A DNA stretch of 64,000 nucleotides, from positions 37,777 through 101,776 of the forward strand of contig NZ_JAFBAR010000104.1 in the NCBI RefSeq assembly GCF_019247635.1, read 5' to 3'. Of this stretch, positions 1 through 8,960 are shown in pieces. Each line of letters begins with the position of its first letter. Positions within the stretch are counted from its first letter, which is position 1. This DNA is from Mycobacterium sp. (lineage in GTDB: Bacteria > Actinomycetota > Actinomycetes > Mycobacteriales > Mycobacteriaceae). A program made the position numbers and the translations under genes. The notes under the pieces were generated by a model. It was given only the letters and a program-made list of their open reading frames with translations. It was not told the DNA's origin and did not search any database.

Positions 1-141
1 CATCTACTCGAAGGTGGTGCCGACCTGCGGGTCGTGCAGGAACTGCTCGGCCACGCCAGCCTGGCCACCACCCAGCTGTACACCCACGTCGCGGTCTCCC
101 GCCTGCGGGCGGTGCACGATCAGGCCCATCCGCGGGCCTAG
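1..141 (+). CDS. xerC: Tyrosine recombinase XerC/XerD family, C-terminal 46 codons (5' end lies outside the window)
   Basis: Frame +1 from base 1 reads [46 protein letters not shown] then TAG at 139-141. LGHxxxxTTxxYTH is the catalytic-Tyr box of tyrosine recombinases. The choice of xerC over xerD rests only on remembered M. tuberculosis synteny. Confidence 0.75.
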   Translation, partial: HLLEGGADLRVVQELLGHASLATTQLYTHVAVSRLRAVHDQAHPRA

Positions 142-147
142 TTACCC

Positions 148-206
148 GCGAGCAGCCGCAAAAGCACCCATTTCCTGCCGAAATAAGTGCTTTTGCGTCT
201 GCTCGC
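148..206. repeat. Palindromic hairpin element, copy 1 (59 bp), between convergent xerC and the M23 peptidase gene
   Basis: GCGAGCAGCCGCAAAAGCAC(148-167) ... GTGCTTTTGCGTCTGCTCGC(187-206). The 20-nt arms are inverted repeats with one mismatch, and the centre (ATTTC..GAAAT) is also self-complementary. The same arms occur at 21273, 34879 and 35122. Confidence 0.85.
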
Positions 207-215
207 GAGGCGAAA

Positions 216-710
216 TCAGCCGTACAGAGGCTTGAGCCGGATCGGCGTGGACTTCAGCAGGCCCAGCGGATTGACGTACTCGGCGCGCGACGCCGGACCC
301 CACATCGCTCCCCAATGCAGACACGCCGCGGCCGCGCAGCCGGGATGTCCGGCCACCAACTCGCCGATCACGCTCTGTGCCCTCACCAGTTGGCCGACCC
401 GGACGCCCGCCCGGACCGGCTCATAGCTGGTGTGCAGGCCGCCCGGATGGGCCAGCGAAACGACCGGACGTCCGGCCAGCAGCCCGGCGAACACCACGGT
501 CGCATCGCCCGCGGCGTACACGGGCTGACCTGCGGCGCCGGCCAGGTCCACGCCGCGGTGGCCCGGGTTCCAATTCGGCGCCGGCGCGTCGAATCCCCGC
601 ACGACGGCAGGGCGCGGCCGCAACGGCCAGTCCAGGCGCGCGTCCTCGGCGACGCCGGCGCCGACACAAGACACGCCCCGCAGAGACCCCCGAGAACCCC
701 GAGGACCCAA
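216..710 (-). CDS. M23/LytM-family metallopeptidase; N-terminus uncertain (see findings)
   Basis: The ORF translation contains PGHRGVDLAG and CLHWGAMWG, matching the HxxxD and HxH zinc-ligand motifs of peptidase M23. The tracked start is a TTG and has no signal peptide. Confidence 0.8.
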   Translation of the reverse strand: MGPRGSRGSLRGVSCVGAGVAEDARLDWPLRPRPAVVRGFDAPAPNWNPGHRGVDLAGAAGQPVYAAGDATVVFAGLLAGRPVVSLAHPGGLHTSYEPVRAGVRVGQLVRAQSVIGELVAGHPGCAAAACLHWGAMWGPASRAEYVNPLGLLKSTPIRLKPLYG

Positions 711-980
711 GCCACCCGTCGCATCCGTTCAGTTGAGCGTCACGTCGACGGCCGGGCCAGTCACCAAGACGTGTTCTGTGGACGATGGCGTGTAAGCTTT
801 TCGTCGCAGCTCGTATTTGCGAGTTGACTTCGCGCGCCTGCACCGCGGCCCCGCATTTTAGGGATCCGCAACCAGCTGCCGAGCGGTCCCGCCTTGACAA
901 GCGGGTTCGGCATCCCAGCAGACGCCAGGGCCCGGCTTCACCCGATGCCGGCGAACAACCGATAAAAGTAAGGCACCCGC

Positions 981-1820
981 ATGGCCGTAGTAACCATGAA
1001 GCAGCTGCTTGACAGCGGCACCCACTTCGGGCATCAGACCCGTCGCTGGAATCCCAAAATGAAGCGGTTTATCTTCACCGACCGCAATGGCATCTACATC
1101 ATCGACCTGCAGCAGACGCTGACCTTCATCGACAAGGCGTACGAGTTCGTCAAAGAGACGGTCGCCCACGGTGGCAGCGTGCTGTTCGTCGGAACCAAGA
1201 AGCAGGCCCAGGAGTCGGTTGCGGCCGAAGCGATCCGCGTCGGCATGCCCTACGTGAACCAGCGCTGGCTGGGCGGCATGCTGACCAATTTCTCCACGGT
1301 GCACAAGCGGCTGCAGCGCCTCAAGGAGCTCGAGGCCATGGAGCAGACCGGCGGCTTCGAGGGCCGCACCAAGAAAGAGATTCTGGGCTTGACCCGCGAG
1401 AAGAACAAGCTGGAGCGCAGCCTGGGCGGTATCCGTGACATGGCCAAGGTGCCGTCGGCGATCTGGGTCGTGGACACCAACAAGGAGCACATCGCCGTCG
1501 GCGAGGCCCGCAAGCTGGGCATCCCGGTCATCGCGATCCTGGACACCAACTGCGACCCCGACGAGGTCGACTACCCCATCCCGGGCAACGACGACGCGAT
1601 TCGCTCGGCCGCCCTGCTAACCAAAGTGATCGCCTCCGCCGTCGCCGAGGGCCTTCAGGCCCGCGCCGGCCTGGGTCGCGGGGACGGTAAGCCAGAAGCC
1701 GAATCCGCCGAGCCGCTCGCCGAATGGGAGCAGGAGCTGCTGGCCTCGGCTACGGCATCTGCGGCCCCGGCCGAACAAGCCGCCGCTGTCGCAGCTGAAT
1801 CAACCACAGATGCATCCTAG
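981..1820 (+). CDS. rpsB: 30S ribosomal protein S2
   Basis: N-terminus [32 protein letters not shown] is canonical for S2. The acidic/Ala-rich C-terminal tail is typical of actinobacteria, and tsf follows. Confidence 0.97.
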   Translation: MAVVTMKQLLDSGTHFGHQTRRWNPKMKRFIFTDRNGIYIIDLQQTLTFIDKAYEFVKETVAHGGSVLFVGTKKQAQESVAAEAIRVGMPYVNQRWLGGMLTNFSTVHKRLQRLKELEAMEQTGGFEGRTKKEILGLTREKNKLERSLGGIRDMAKVPSAIWVVDTNKEHIAVGEARKLGIPVIAILDTNCDPDEVDYPIPGNDDAIRSAALLTKVIASAVAEGLQARAGLGRGDGKPEAESAEPLAEWEQELLASATASAAPAEQAAAVAAESTTDAS

Positions 1821-1833
1821 GAAAGGCTGAGCA

Positions 1834-2661
1834 TTGGCGAACTTTACCGCTGCCGACGTCAAGCGACTTCGGGAACTGACCGGTGCCGGAATGCTCGACT
1901 GCAAGAACGCGCTGGCAGCAACCGACGGTGACTTCGACAAGGCCGTCGAGGCACTACGGATCAAGGGTGCCAAGGACGTCGGCAAGCGTGCCGAGCGCGC
2001 CACGGCCGAGGGCCTGGTCGCCGCAAGGGGTGGCGCGCTAATCGAGCTCAACAGCGAGACCGACTTCGTCGCCAAGAACGCGGAGTTCCAGAAGCTGGCC
2101 GACGCGGTGGTCGCGGCGGCTGCCGAGGCCAAGGCCGCCGACGTCGACGCACTCAAGGGAGCTTCGATTTCCGCCAGCCAGACGACAGCTACCGTCGAGC
2201 AGGCCATCGCCGACCTATCGGCGAAGATCGGCGAGAAGCTCGAACTGCGCCGCGTCGCGTTCTTCGACGGAACCGTCGAGACCTACCTGCACAAGCGCGC
2301 GGCCGACCTGCCGCCCGCGGTGGGCGTGTTGGTCGAATACCAGGGCTCCGACGCAGAGGCCGCGCACGCCGTGGCTCTGCAGATCGCCGCGCTCAAGGCC
2401 CGCTACCTGTCCCGCGATGACGTGCCCGAGGACGTGGTGGCCAGCGAGCGCCGCATCGCCGAGGAGACCGCGAAGGCCGAGGGCAAGCCGGAACAGGCGC
2501 TGCCCAAGATCGTCGATGGCCGCCTGAACGGGTTCTTCAAGGACGCGGTGTTGCTCGAGCAGCCGTCGGTGTCGGACAGCAAGAAGACCGTGAAGGCGTT
2601 GCTCGACGAGGCCGGCGTGACGGTGACGCGCTTTGTGCGCTTCGAGGTGGGCCAGGCTTAG
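1834..2661 (+). CDS. tsf: Translation elongation factor Ts
   Basis: TTG start preceded by [34 protein letters not shown] is the UBA-like N-terminus of EF-Ts. The gene lies immediately downstream of rpsB. Confidence 0.97.
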   Translation: MANFTAADVKRLRELTGAGMLDCKNALAATDGDFDKAVEALRIKGAKDVGKRAERATAEGLVAARGGALIELNSETDFVAKNAEFQKLADAVVAAAAEAKAADVDALKGASISASQTTATVEQAIADLSAKIGEKLELRRVAFFDGTVETYLHKRAADLPPAVGVLVEYQGSDAEAAHAVALQIAALKARYLSRDDVPEDVVASERRIAEETAKAEGKPEQALPKIVDGRLNGFFKDAVLLEQPSVSDSKKTVKALLDEAGVTVTRFVRFEVGQA

Positions 2662-2699
2662 GCGCTCGCATGCGATGCGTGCACGCCGACGCCGTCCGG

Positions 2700-3119
2700 C
2701 TAGCCGGATCCAAGCCGGCCGAGCATTCTTTTGAATTCGCGTTGCTGCGCATCGGTCAACTTGGACAGGATGTGGGCGTCTGCGACGCGGACCGCGGCCT
2801 CGGCGCGCCTCAGCAGGGCGCGTCCCTGACTGGTCAGTGTGGCGGGTAGCGCGCGTCCCGAAGACACCGACTCGGGCCGTTCCACCACGCCGTTGTCTTC
2901 CAGCTTGCGCAGCACGGTGTTCATCGCCTGCGGCGTGACGCTTGTGTGCCTTGCTAATTCCGCGCTGGACAGCCCCGGACTCAGCGAAAGCATACGCAGG
3001 CAAACGAATTCGGGAAGAGTGAGGCCGAGCGGCCGCAACATCGCGGAAACCTCCGGCCGCAGAACAGCTGCCACGCGATAGAGCAAGTAACCCAACGGAG
3101 CGTCGTCGTTGTGACCCAT
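2700..3119 (-). CDS. MarR-family transcriptional regulator
   Basis: 139 aa. LTLPEFVCLRMLSLSPGLSSAELARHTSVTPQAMNTVLRKLEDNGVVER shows the winged-HTH pattern of MarR proteins. Confidence 0.85.
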   Translation of the reverse strand: MGHNDDAPLGYLLYRVAAVLRPEVSAMLRPLGLTLPEFVCLRMLSLSPGLSSAELARHTSVTPQAMNTVLRKLEDNGVVERPESVSSGRALPATLTSQGRALLRRAEAAVRVADAHILSKLTDAQQREFKRMLGRLGSG

Positions 3120-3134
3120 GTCAATGATATTGAC
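3120..3134. promoter_or_regulatory. Candidate operator: inverted repeat GTCAAT-gat-ATTGAC abutting the marR start codon
   Basis: 6-bp perfect arms with a 3-bp spacer, read directly at 3120-3134. It lies in the marR / MPT63-like divergent region. Function is inferred only. Confidence 0.3.
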
Positions 3135-3426
3135 ATACGAGGTGGGCCGTGTGGCGCGAGGAAACGCTTTTAGCCACTGGACTAATCACCAGTTGTCCGT
3201 GATTACAGCGGTCTAATGGGGGCAATGATACCGATGTTAACAATGGTGCGAATCGTGCTGTGGCCCAAACTAAATCCAGCGGTTATCGCAGGTAATGCGG
3301 CCGCCGTTAACAATTCATCGACATCAGTGTTTGAGCCAGCGATGGTTTGGTTATGCCGAACGGGTGCGGTTTATCGCCCTGCCAAAGTGGGCGACTGCTA
3401 ACAACACGAGAAGAAAAGGAGTTACC

Positions 3427-3978
3427 GTGAAGTTCACCACTACTGCCGCTAAGACGGCTCTTGGTGCCGCGGGTATAGCGGCGGTAAGCGTTTTCGCCGC
3501 CGGAACAGCCTCGGCTGCACCGAACATCCAAGGATTCGGGGCCAGCGAATCGCTAGTCGACGGGCCATTGGTTACCGCCTACACGGTGAGCAACCTGCAG
3601 CAGAGCACCATTGCTATTCCCGGTTACACGCCGAAGGGGACGCTCTACCAGGCAGACATCACGGTCAGGTCGGACGGCGGAACCGTTACCCCTATGGTGC
3701 GAGACTTCAGTGCTCGCGGGCCTAACGGCCAGACGTACCGTCTGATCGACAAGGTCGAGGTTCCGAATGGCCTGAACCCGGCCCCGATCGCGCAAGGCAA
3801 CGAGTCGACCGGCACGCTGTACTTCGACGTGACCGGCGCGCCGCCGAATGGGATCGTCTACAACGACGGACTGCAGGACATCCTGATGTGGACGTCGAAC
3901 GTGCCGGGGTCCGTGGCGCCCAGTGCGCCGACCTCAAGCCCGGCACCGGGTGCGCTGCCTAGCCCGGCACACACCTAA
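3427..3978 (+). CDS. Secreted MPT63/MPB63-like (DUF1942) immunoglobulin-fold protein
   Basis: GTG at 3427 is preceded by GAAAAGGAG. Signal peptide VKFTTTAAKTALGAAGIAAVSVFAAGTASA. The blocks IPGYTPKG, TVTPMVRDFSARGPNGQTYR, IAQGNESTGTLYFDVTG and DILMW align with the remembered MPT63 (Rv1926c) sequence. Confidence 0.8.
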   Translation: MKFTTTAAKTALGAAGIAAVSVFAAGTASAAPNIQGFGASESLVDGPLVTAYTVSNLQQSTIAIPGYTPKGTLYQADITVRSDGGTVTPMVRDFSARGPNGQTYRLIDKVEVPNGLNPAPIAQGNESTGTLYFDVTGAPPNGIVYNDGLQDILMWTSNVPGSVAPSAPTSSPAPGALPSPAHT

Positions 3979-3993
3979 ACCCGGTTTGACATA

Positions 3994-4026
3994 CCTCCCC
4001 GCGCCACGGCCCGTGGCGCGGGGAGG
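3994..4026 (+). terminator. Perfect GC-rich hairpin downstream of the MPT63-like gene
   Basis: CCTCCCCGCGCCAC ggccc GTGGCGCGGGGAGG gives a 14-bp perfect stem, 16 nt after the stop. There is no U-tract, which is common for mycobacterial terminators. Confidence 0.5.
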
Positions 4027-4066
4027 TGCACGCTTGGGGACGACCGTAGCGGGGTATGCAACGGCC

Positions 4067-5002
4067 ATGAGTGACGCCGATCACAGGACAGCCGCTGTGC
4101 GCGCGCAGGCCGAGCAGCACGCCGAACAGGCGCGGGCGACGATGCGCGACCGACGTGATGAACAGGAAGGTGGGCTCGCCGGCTGGGTCGCCAAGCGCGC
4201 GGGCGAATGGGACCTCGACGGCCAGGACGAGAAAACGCTTCAGCGGCAGAAGTTCTTCTGGAATCTGCTCGTCGACTACTGGTTCCGGATGGAGATAGAC
4301 GGCTGGGACAATATTCCCGACCCGCCGGCGTTGTTGATCGGCATTCATTCCGGCGCTCCATTTGTCTGGGACGCGTGGACCGTGGGTCTGCAATGGTGGC
4401 GGCGATTCGGTCCGGCGCGCCCGTTGCACGGCACGGCTCACGATTCGTTGATGGCGATTCCTGGCATCGGGCGGTACTTCCGATCGATGGGGGTGCTTCC
4501 CGCCGCGCCCGACGCGATTGCCACAGCGCTGGCGGAGGGGCGGGACGTGGCGTTGTGGCCCGGCGGGGAGGTGGACTCACTGCGTCCGTGGACCGAGCGC
4601 GACCGGGCCAACCTCGCGGGTCGAAAAGGCTTCGTGAAGATGGCGATTCGCGCCGGCGTGCCGATCGTGCCGATCGCGACCGTCGGTGGTGCCGACGCGA
4701 TGCCGGTGCTTATCCGCGGTGATTGGCTGTCGCGGGTTCTGCGACTCGATCGCCTGTTCCGGCTCAAGGTGTTCCCGCTGGCTATCTCGTTGCCGTGGGG
4801 GATTGCCCCGGCCGCCCTGCCGCAGCTCCCGTTGCCGGCAAAGATCAGGACCCGCTTCATGCCCGCCATAGAGGTGGATAACGATGCTGCACGCGCCGAT
4901 GACGACGAATACATCGACGGCAAGTACCGCGAGGTCCAGGACAGCATTCAGTGCGGAATGGACGCGCTGGCACGCAGAAGGGCGCTGCCCGTTTTCGGAT
5001 GA
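4067..5002 (+). CDS. PlsC-like lysophospholipid/glycerolipid acyltransferase-family protein
   Basis: I chose ATG at 4067 (MSDADHRT) instead of the tracked upstream start, which would overlap the terminator hairpin. The blocks IGIHSGAPFVWD, LWPGGEVD and VPIVPIATVG resemble acyltransferase motifs I, III and IV. The assignment is approximate. Confidence 0.6.
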   Translation: MSDADHRTAAVRAQAEQHAEQARATMRDRRDEQEGGLAGWVAKRAGEWDLDGQDEKTLQRQKFFWNLLVDYWFRMEIDGWDNIPDPPALLIGIHSGAPFVWDAWTVGLQWWRRFGPARPLHGTAHDSLMAIPGIGRYFRSMGVLPAAPDAIATALAEGRDVALWPGGEVDSLRPWTERDRANLAGRKGFVKMAIRAGVPIVPIATVGGADAMPVLIRGDWLSRVLRLDRLFRLKVFPLAISLPWGIAPAALPQLPLPAKIRTRFMPAIEVDNDAARADDDEYIDGKYREVQDSIQCGMDALARRRALPVFG

Positions 5003-5003
5003 G

Positions 5004-5762
5004 TCACTGCGCGACGGAGTCTGGCGCCGGTGCCGATGCCCAGGCAGGACTCAGGACCGGATCACCGGCGATCCACCGGGGCTGGGGCGGGGTCACCGCC
5101 ATGTAGCCGACGCCGCGCACGGTCTCCACGATCGATTCGTGCCCGCTGCCGAGCTTGCCGCGCAGGCGGCGCACGTGAACGTCGACCGTACGGACCTGAC
5201 CACTGGAGTCGTAGCCCCAGACCTCGTGCATCAACCGGGTTCGAGTGAACGCCCGACCGGCATGCTGCACAAGGAAATTCAGCAATTTGAACTCGGTGAG
5301 TGTGAGGTTGAGATCGCTGCCCGCGAGCGTCGCACCATAGCTCGCCGGGTGAAGGACTAGGTCACCGAACTGCAGCGAGCCCTCTTGCGCGTTGCGCCGA
5401 CGGGCGATCGCCAGCCGTAGCCGAGTCTGCAACTCGGCGGCGCAGGCGGCGGCCAGCAACACGTCGTCGAAGTTCCAGTCGACGTCGACGGCTACAAAGT
5501 CCTCGGGCGCTACGACGGCCACCACGGCGATGGCCGGAGCGGTCGCGGCCAGCTGACGGCATGCGCGGCGCGCCGCCGTGAGATCGCTGCGTGCATCGAT
5601 GATCGCGACATCCACGCTTTGCAGATGACCGTCCGGCCGGTCTTGGTCGTCGGCCAGGGATTCACGGCGGACCGACTCCGCGAACGACCGCAGCGTCGGC
5701 AACACCGCCTCGAAATCGGCTTCATCCGTAAGTAATAGAGCGTCCAAGTCGACATCTCCCAA
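5004..5762 (-). CDS. OmpR/PhoB-type winged-helix regulator with a degenerate receiver domain (orphan; no kinase nearby)
   Basis: The C-terminus LTLTEFKLLNFLVQHAGRAFTRTRLMHEVWGYD...VDVHVRRLRGKL...VRGVGY is a Trans_reg_C domain. The N-terminal region keeps an IID Asp but lacks the usual Thr and Lys receiver positions. Confidence 0.8.
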   Translation of the reverse strand: MGDVDLDALLLTDEADFEAVLPTLRSFAESVRRESLADDQDRPDGHLQSVDVAIIDARSDLTAARRACRQLAATAPAIAVVAVVAPEDFVAVDVDWNFDDVLLAAACAAELQTRLRLAIARRRNAQEGSLQFGDLVLHPASYGATLAGSDLNLTLTEFKLLNFLVQHAGRAFTRTRLMHEVWGYDSSGQVRTVDVHVRRLRGKLGSGHESIVETVRGVGYMAVTPPQPRWIAGDPVLSPAWASAPAPDSVAQ

Positions 5763-5955
5763 CCCTCGCGGGCTCGCCCGCTGCCCCCCTTAGGCGTAGG
5801 TCACCTCCGCGGAGGTGCCTGCAGTACTGCGCTGTTGTACCCCTTTGAACGCGGAACTATTCCAACTGTGTCTAGTTGGCATTTGTCGACAAGCCCCACT
5901 GCGCCGGGAGCTCCCGCACGCAGATTTGCTCAAGATGAGCCTACAAATCGATGGA

Positions 5956-5977
5956 CCCGGTCCGTTTCCAGACCGGG
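5956..5977 (-). terminator. Hairpin downstream of the csbD-like gene
   Basis: CCCGGTC cgtttcca GACCGGG gives a 7-bp stem, about 20 nt after the csbD-like stop on the minus strand. Confidence 0.35.
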
Positions 5978-5995
5978 CCCACCATTTCCGACGAG

Positions 5996-6235
5996 CTATT
6001 GGTTGGACTTCTGGCGTTCCTCCGCGACCTTGGCGCTGCCGCGCGCCGCCTCTGCTTCGGCTTCCTTCTTTGCCGCATCCCGCTGTGCCTCGGCCTTGTC
6101 CTGCTGGGCCTGGCCCTCGCGGGTGAGGTCATCTTGACCTGTCACCGCGCCAACGGCCTCCTTGACCCGGCCCTTGACGTCCTCAACGACGCCCTTCACG
6201 GCCTCGGCAGGTCCCGATTTGTTGTCGTCCGCCAT
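5996..6235 (-). CDS. CsbD-like general stress protein (79 aa)
   Basis: ATG at 6235 is preceded by GGAAAGGAA. MADDNKSGPAEAVKGVVEDVKGRVKEAVGAVTGQDDLTREGQ matches the CsbD KGxxKEaxGxxTGD repeat pattern. The tracked 142-aa ORF is an upstream over-extension. Confidence 0.8.
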   Translation of the reverse strand: MADDNKSGPAEAVKGVVEDVKGRVKEAVGAVTGQDDLTREGQAQQDKAEAQRDAAKKEAEAEAARGSAKVAEERQKSNQ

Positions 6236-6559
6236 GAAATTCCTTTCCGTCGATAGCCTCTGATGGCTGAGCGCCTCGCGCTCAGGGCCGATCTTAGCTA
6301 TCGGCCGGTGCGCGGTGCGTCCCGGTCCTTGTTTCTCAAAACCGTGGATCGCGTGAAAACTCACAGATCGCGGTGCGCCGCGTGGGAGCGGATTCCCGCC
6401 CCGCCGGAGCCTCAAACATCCCACTGGTGATCTCGCTGGCGCCTACTCCAACTGCGCAGACACTGCACCCCGCCCACGGCGCAGCGCGACAATGAGGCAG
6501 GATGTGAAGGGCCGTCCTGGGGGTGGTCGCCGAGATGGCACTCTCATGCGAGGAGTCTG

Positions 6560-7318
6560 ATGACGGAGTCTGATGTCGGGCGCAGCACCAACGGCGTGCA
6601 GGCGTCTTCACCGTCCAGATATTCGCGAGTACTGCTCAAGCTCGGTGGCGAGATGTTCGGTGGCGGCCAGGTCGGGCTTGACCCCGATGTCGTAGCGCAG
6701 GTCGCCCGTCAGATCGCCGAAGTGGTCCGCGGTGGCGTGCAGGTCGCGGTCGTGATCGGCGGCGGCAACTTCTTCCGCGGCGCGCAACTGCAGCAGCGCG
6801 GCATGGAGCGCACCCGGTCGGACTACATGGGCATGCTCGGTACTGTGATGAATAGCCTTGCGCTGCAAGACTTCCTGGAGAAGGAAGGCATCGCCACCCG
6901 AGTTCAGACCGCGATCACCATGGGCCAGGTCGCCGAACCATATATTCCGTTGCGGGCCGTTCGTCACCTGGAGAAAGGTCGGGTGGTGATTTTCGGCGCC
7001 GGCATGGGGCTGCCCTACTTCTCGACTGACACGACGGCCGCGCAGCGGGCCCTGGAGATCGGCGCGGACGTGGTCCTGATGGCAAAGGCGGTCGACGGGG
7101 TGTTCGCCGAGGATCCGCGGGAAAACCCGGAGGCCGAACTGCTCACCGCGATCAGTCACCGTGAGGTGATCGATCGCGGCCTGCGAGTGGCCGACGCGAC
7201 CGCATTCAGCCTGTGTATGGACAATGGCATGCCGATTCTGGTGTTCAATCTGCTGACCGATGGGAATATCGCCCGTGCGGTCGCCGGTGAGAAAATCGGA
7301 ACGCTGGTCACCACTTGA
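6560..7318 (+). CDS. pyrH: Uridylate (UMP) kinase
   Basis: [13 protein letters not shown] and [11 protein letters not shown] are amino-acid-kinase-fold motifs of PyrH. frr follows. Confidence 0.95.
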   Translation: MTESDVGRSTNGVQASSPSRYSRVLLKLGGEMFGGGQVGLDPDVVAQVARQIAEVVRGGVQVAVVIGGGNFFRGAQLQQRGMERTRSDYMGMLGTVMNSLALQDFLEKEGIATRVQTAITMGQVAEPYIPLRAVRHLEKGRVVIFGAGMGLPYFSTDTTAAQRALEIGADVVLMAKAVDGVFAEDPRENPEAELLTAISHREVIDRGLRVADATAFSLCMDNGMPILVFNLLTDGNIARAVAGEKIGTLVTT

Positions 7319-7449
7319 GGAGGAGCGGCGCTGGCGACGATGCAGAGCGTAGCGATGAGGTGGGGCACCTCCCGCTTGCGGGGAATAGCGGCGGCAATGA
7401 TTCGCGCTGGCGACGATGCAGAGCGTAGCGATGAGGAGGAGCGGCGCAG
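7316..7449. repeat. MIRU-like intergenic repeat filling the pyrH-frr gap
   Basis: The 33-bp unit GCGCTGGCGACGATGCAGAGCGTAGCGATGAGG occurs at 7327-7359 and 7403-7435 (period 76 bp). GAGGAGGAGCGGCGC flanks both ends, overlapping the pyrH stop and lying just before the frr ATG. It resembles the remembered MIRU consensus. Confidence 0.7.
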
Positions 7450-8007
7450 ATGATAGATGAGGCTCTCTTCGACGCCGAAGAGAAAATGGAGAAGGCCGTG
7501 TCGGTGGCGCGGGACGATCTGTCGACCATTCGGACCGGCCGGGCGAACCCCGGTATGTTCTCGCGGATCGCCATTGACTACTACGGCGCCACCACCCCGA
7601 TCACGCAGCTTGCCAGCATCAACGTCCCCGAGGCGCGCCACGTCGTCATCAAGCCGTACGAGACCAGCCAGCTGCATGCCATCGAGACCGCGATTCGCAA
7701 CTCCGACCTCGGCGTGAACCCCACCAACGACGGCACCCTGATCCGGGTGGCGGTGCCGCAGCTCACCGAGGAGCGCCGGCGCGAGCTGGTCAAACAGGCC
7801 AAACATAAGGGTGAGGACGCCAAGGTCTCGGTGCGCAACATCCGTCGCAAAGCGATGGAGGAACTGCACCGCATCCGCAAGGACGGCGAGGCGGGGGAGG
7901 ACGACGTCGGCCGCGCGGAGAAGGATCTGGACAAGACCACACATCAGTACGTGACCCAGATTGATGAGTTGGTCAAACACAAAGAAGGCGAGTTGCTGGA
8001 GGTCTAG
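7450..8007 (+). CDS. frr: Ribosome recycling factor
   Basis: 185 aa. [17 protein letters not shown]...NPGMFSRI...[11 protein letters not shown] is canonical for RRF. Confidence 0.97.
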   Translation: MIDEALFDAEEKMEKAVSVARDDLSTIRTGRANPGMFSRIAIDYYGATTPITQLASINVPEARHVVIKPYETSQLHAIETAIRNSDLGVNPTNDGTLIRVAVPQLTEERRRELVKQAKHKGEDAKVSVRNIRRKAMEELHRIRKDGEAGEDDVGRAEKDLDKTTHQYVTQIDELVKHKEGELLEV

Positions 8008-8038
8008 CGGCCGCTCAGCAGCTAAGTCCGTTTAGTCC

Positions 8039-8947
8039 GTGGCTACCACCGATGCCGGCGCCGGCAATCCGCCCGACGAGCCGGGGCAGGAAACGGCCAA
8101 GAAAAAGTCGCGGGCGGGTCGCGACCTGCCCGCCGCCATCGCGGTCGGTGCGGGCATCGGCGCCGTCCTCATCGCGGCGTTGGTGTGGGCGCCGCGCTTC
8201 TGGGTGGCGTTCTGCGCTGGAGCGATCCTGATCGCCAGCCACGAGGTGGTGCGGCGCCTGCGGGAAGCCGGGTATCTGATTCCGGTCATCCCACTGCTGA
8301 TCGGCGGGCAGGTGACCGTCTGGCTGACGTGGTGGTTCCACGCCGTCGGCGCCTTGGCGGGATTCGGCGGCATGGTCGTCGTCTGCATGATCTGGCGGCT
8401 GCTCATGCAGGCCCGCGGGCAGGACGGGGCGGCAACCGGCCCGCCGTCGTCGAGTGACTATTTGCGCGATGTGTCGGCCACCGTGTTTTTGGCTGCGTGG
8501 GTGCCGCTGTTCGCGTCGTTCGCCGCGTTGCTGATCTATCCGCCGAACGGCTCGGCGCGGGTATTTTGCATGATGCTCGCGGTCGTGGCGTCCGACGTCG
8601 GCGGCTACGCCGTGGGGGTGTTATTCGGCAGACATCCGATGGTGCCGATGATCAGCCCGAACAAGTCCTGGGAGGGGTTTGTCGGGTCCCTGATCTGCGG
8701 GATCACGACGACAATCCTCACCACGACGTTGCTGGTCCACAAGGCGTGGTGGGTCGGCGCGCTGCTGGGTGTTCTGTTCGTGCTCACCACCACGCTGGGC
8801 GACCTGGTGGAGTCGCAGGTCAAGCGCGATCTCGGGATCAAGGACATGGGCCGGCTGCTGCCCGGTCACGGCGGCCTGATGGATCGCCTCGACGGCATCC
8901 TTCCTTCTTCGGTGGCGGCCTGGACAGTGCTGACGCTGTTGCCCTGA
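8039..8947 (+). CDS. cdsA: Phosphatidate cytidylyltransferase (CDP-diglyceride synthase)
   Basis: Polytopic membrane protein. The C-terminal [27 protein letters not shown] is the CdsA signature. The gene is syntenic after frr. Confidence 0.9.
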   Translation: MATTDAGAGNPPDEPGQETAKKKSRAGRDLPAAIAVGAGIGAVLIAALVWAPRFWVAFCAGAILIASHEVVRRLREAGYLIPVIPLLIGGQVTVWLTWWFHAVGALAGFGGMVVVCMIWRLLMQARGQDGAATGPPSSSDYLRDVSATVFLAAWVPLFASFAALLIYPPNGSARVFCMMLAVVASDVGGYAVGVLFGRHPMVPMISPNKSWEGFVGSLICGITTTILTTTLLVHKAWWVGALLGVLFVLTTTLGDLVESQVKRDLGIKDMGRLLPGHGGLMDRLDGILPSSVAAWTVLTLLP

Positions 8948-8960
8948 TACTGGACAGATC

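Noticed and set aside
1-141. xerC fragment as an integrase marking a mobile island
   Set aside because: It is the housekeeping chromosome-dimer-resolution recombinase in its conserved position next to the rpsB region. It lies 27 kb from the hydrogenase block and has no associated att-like repeats.
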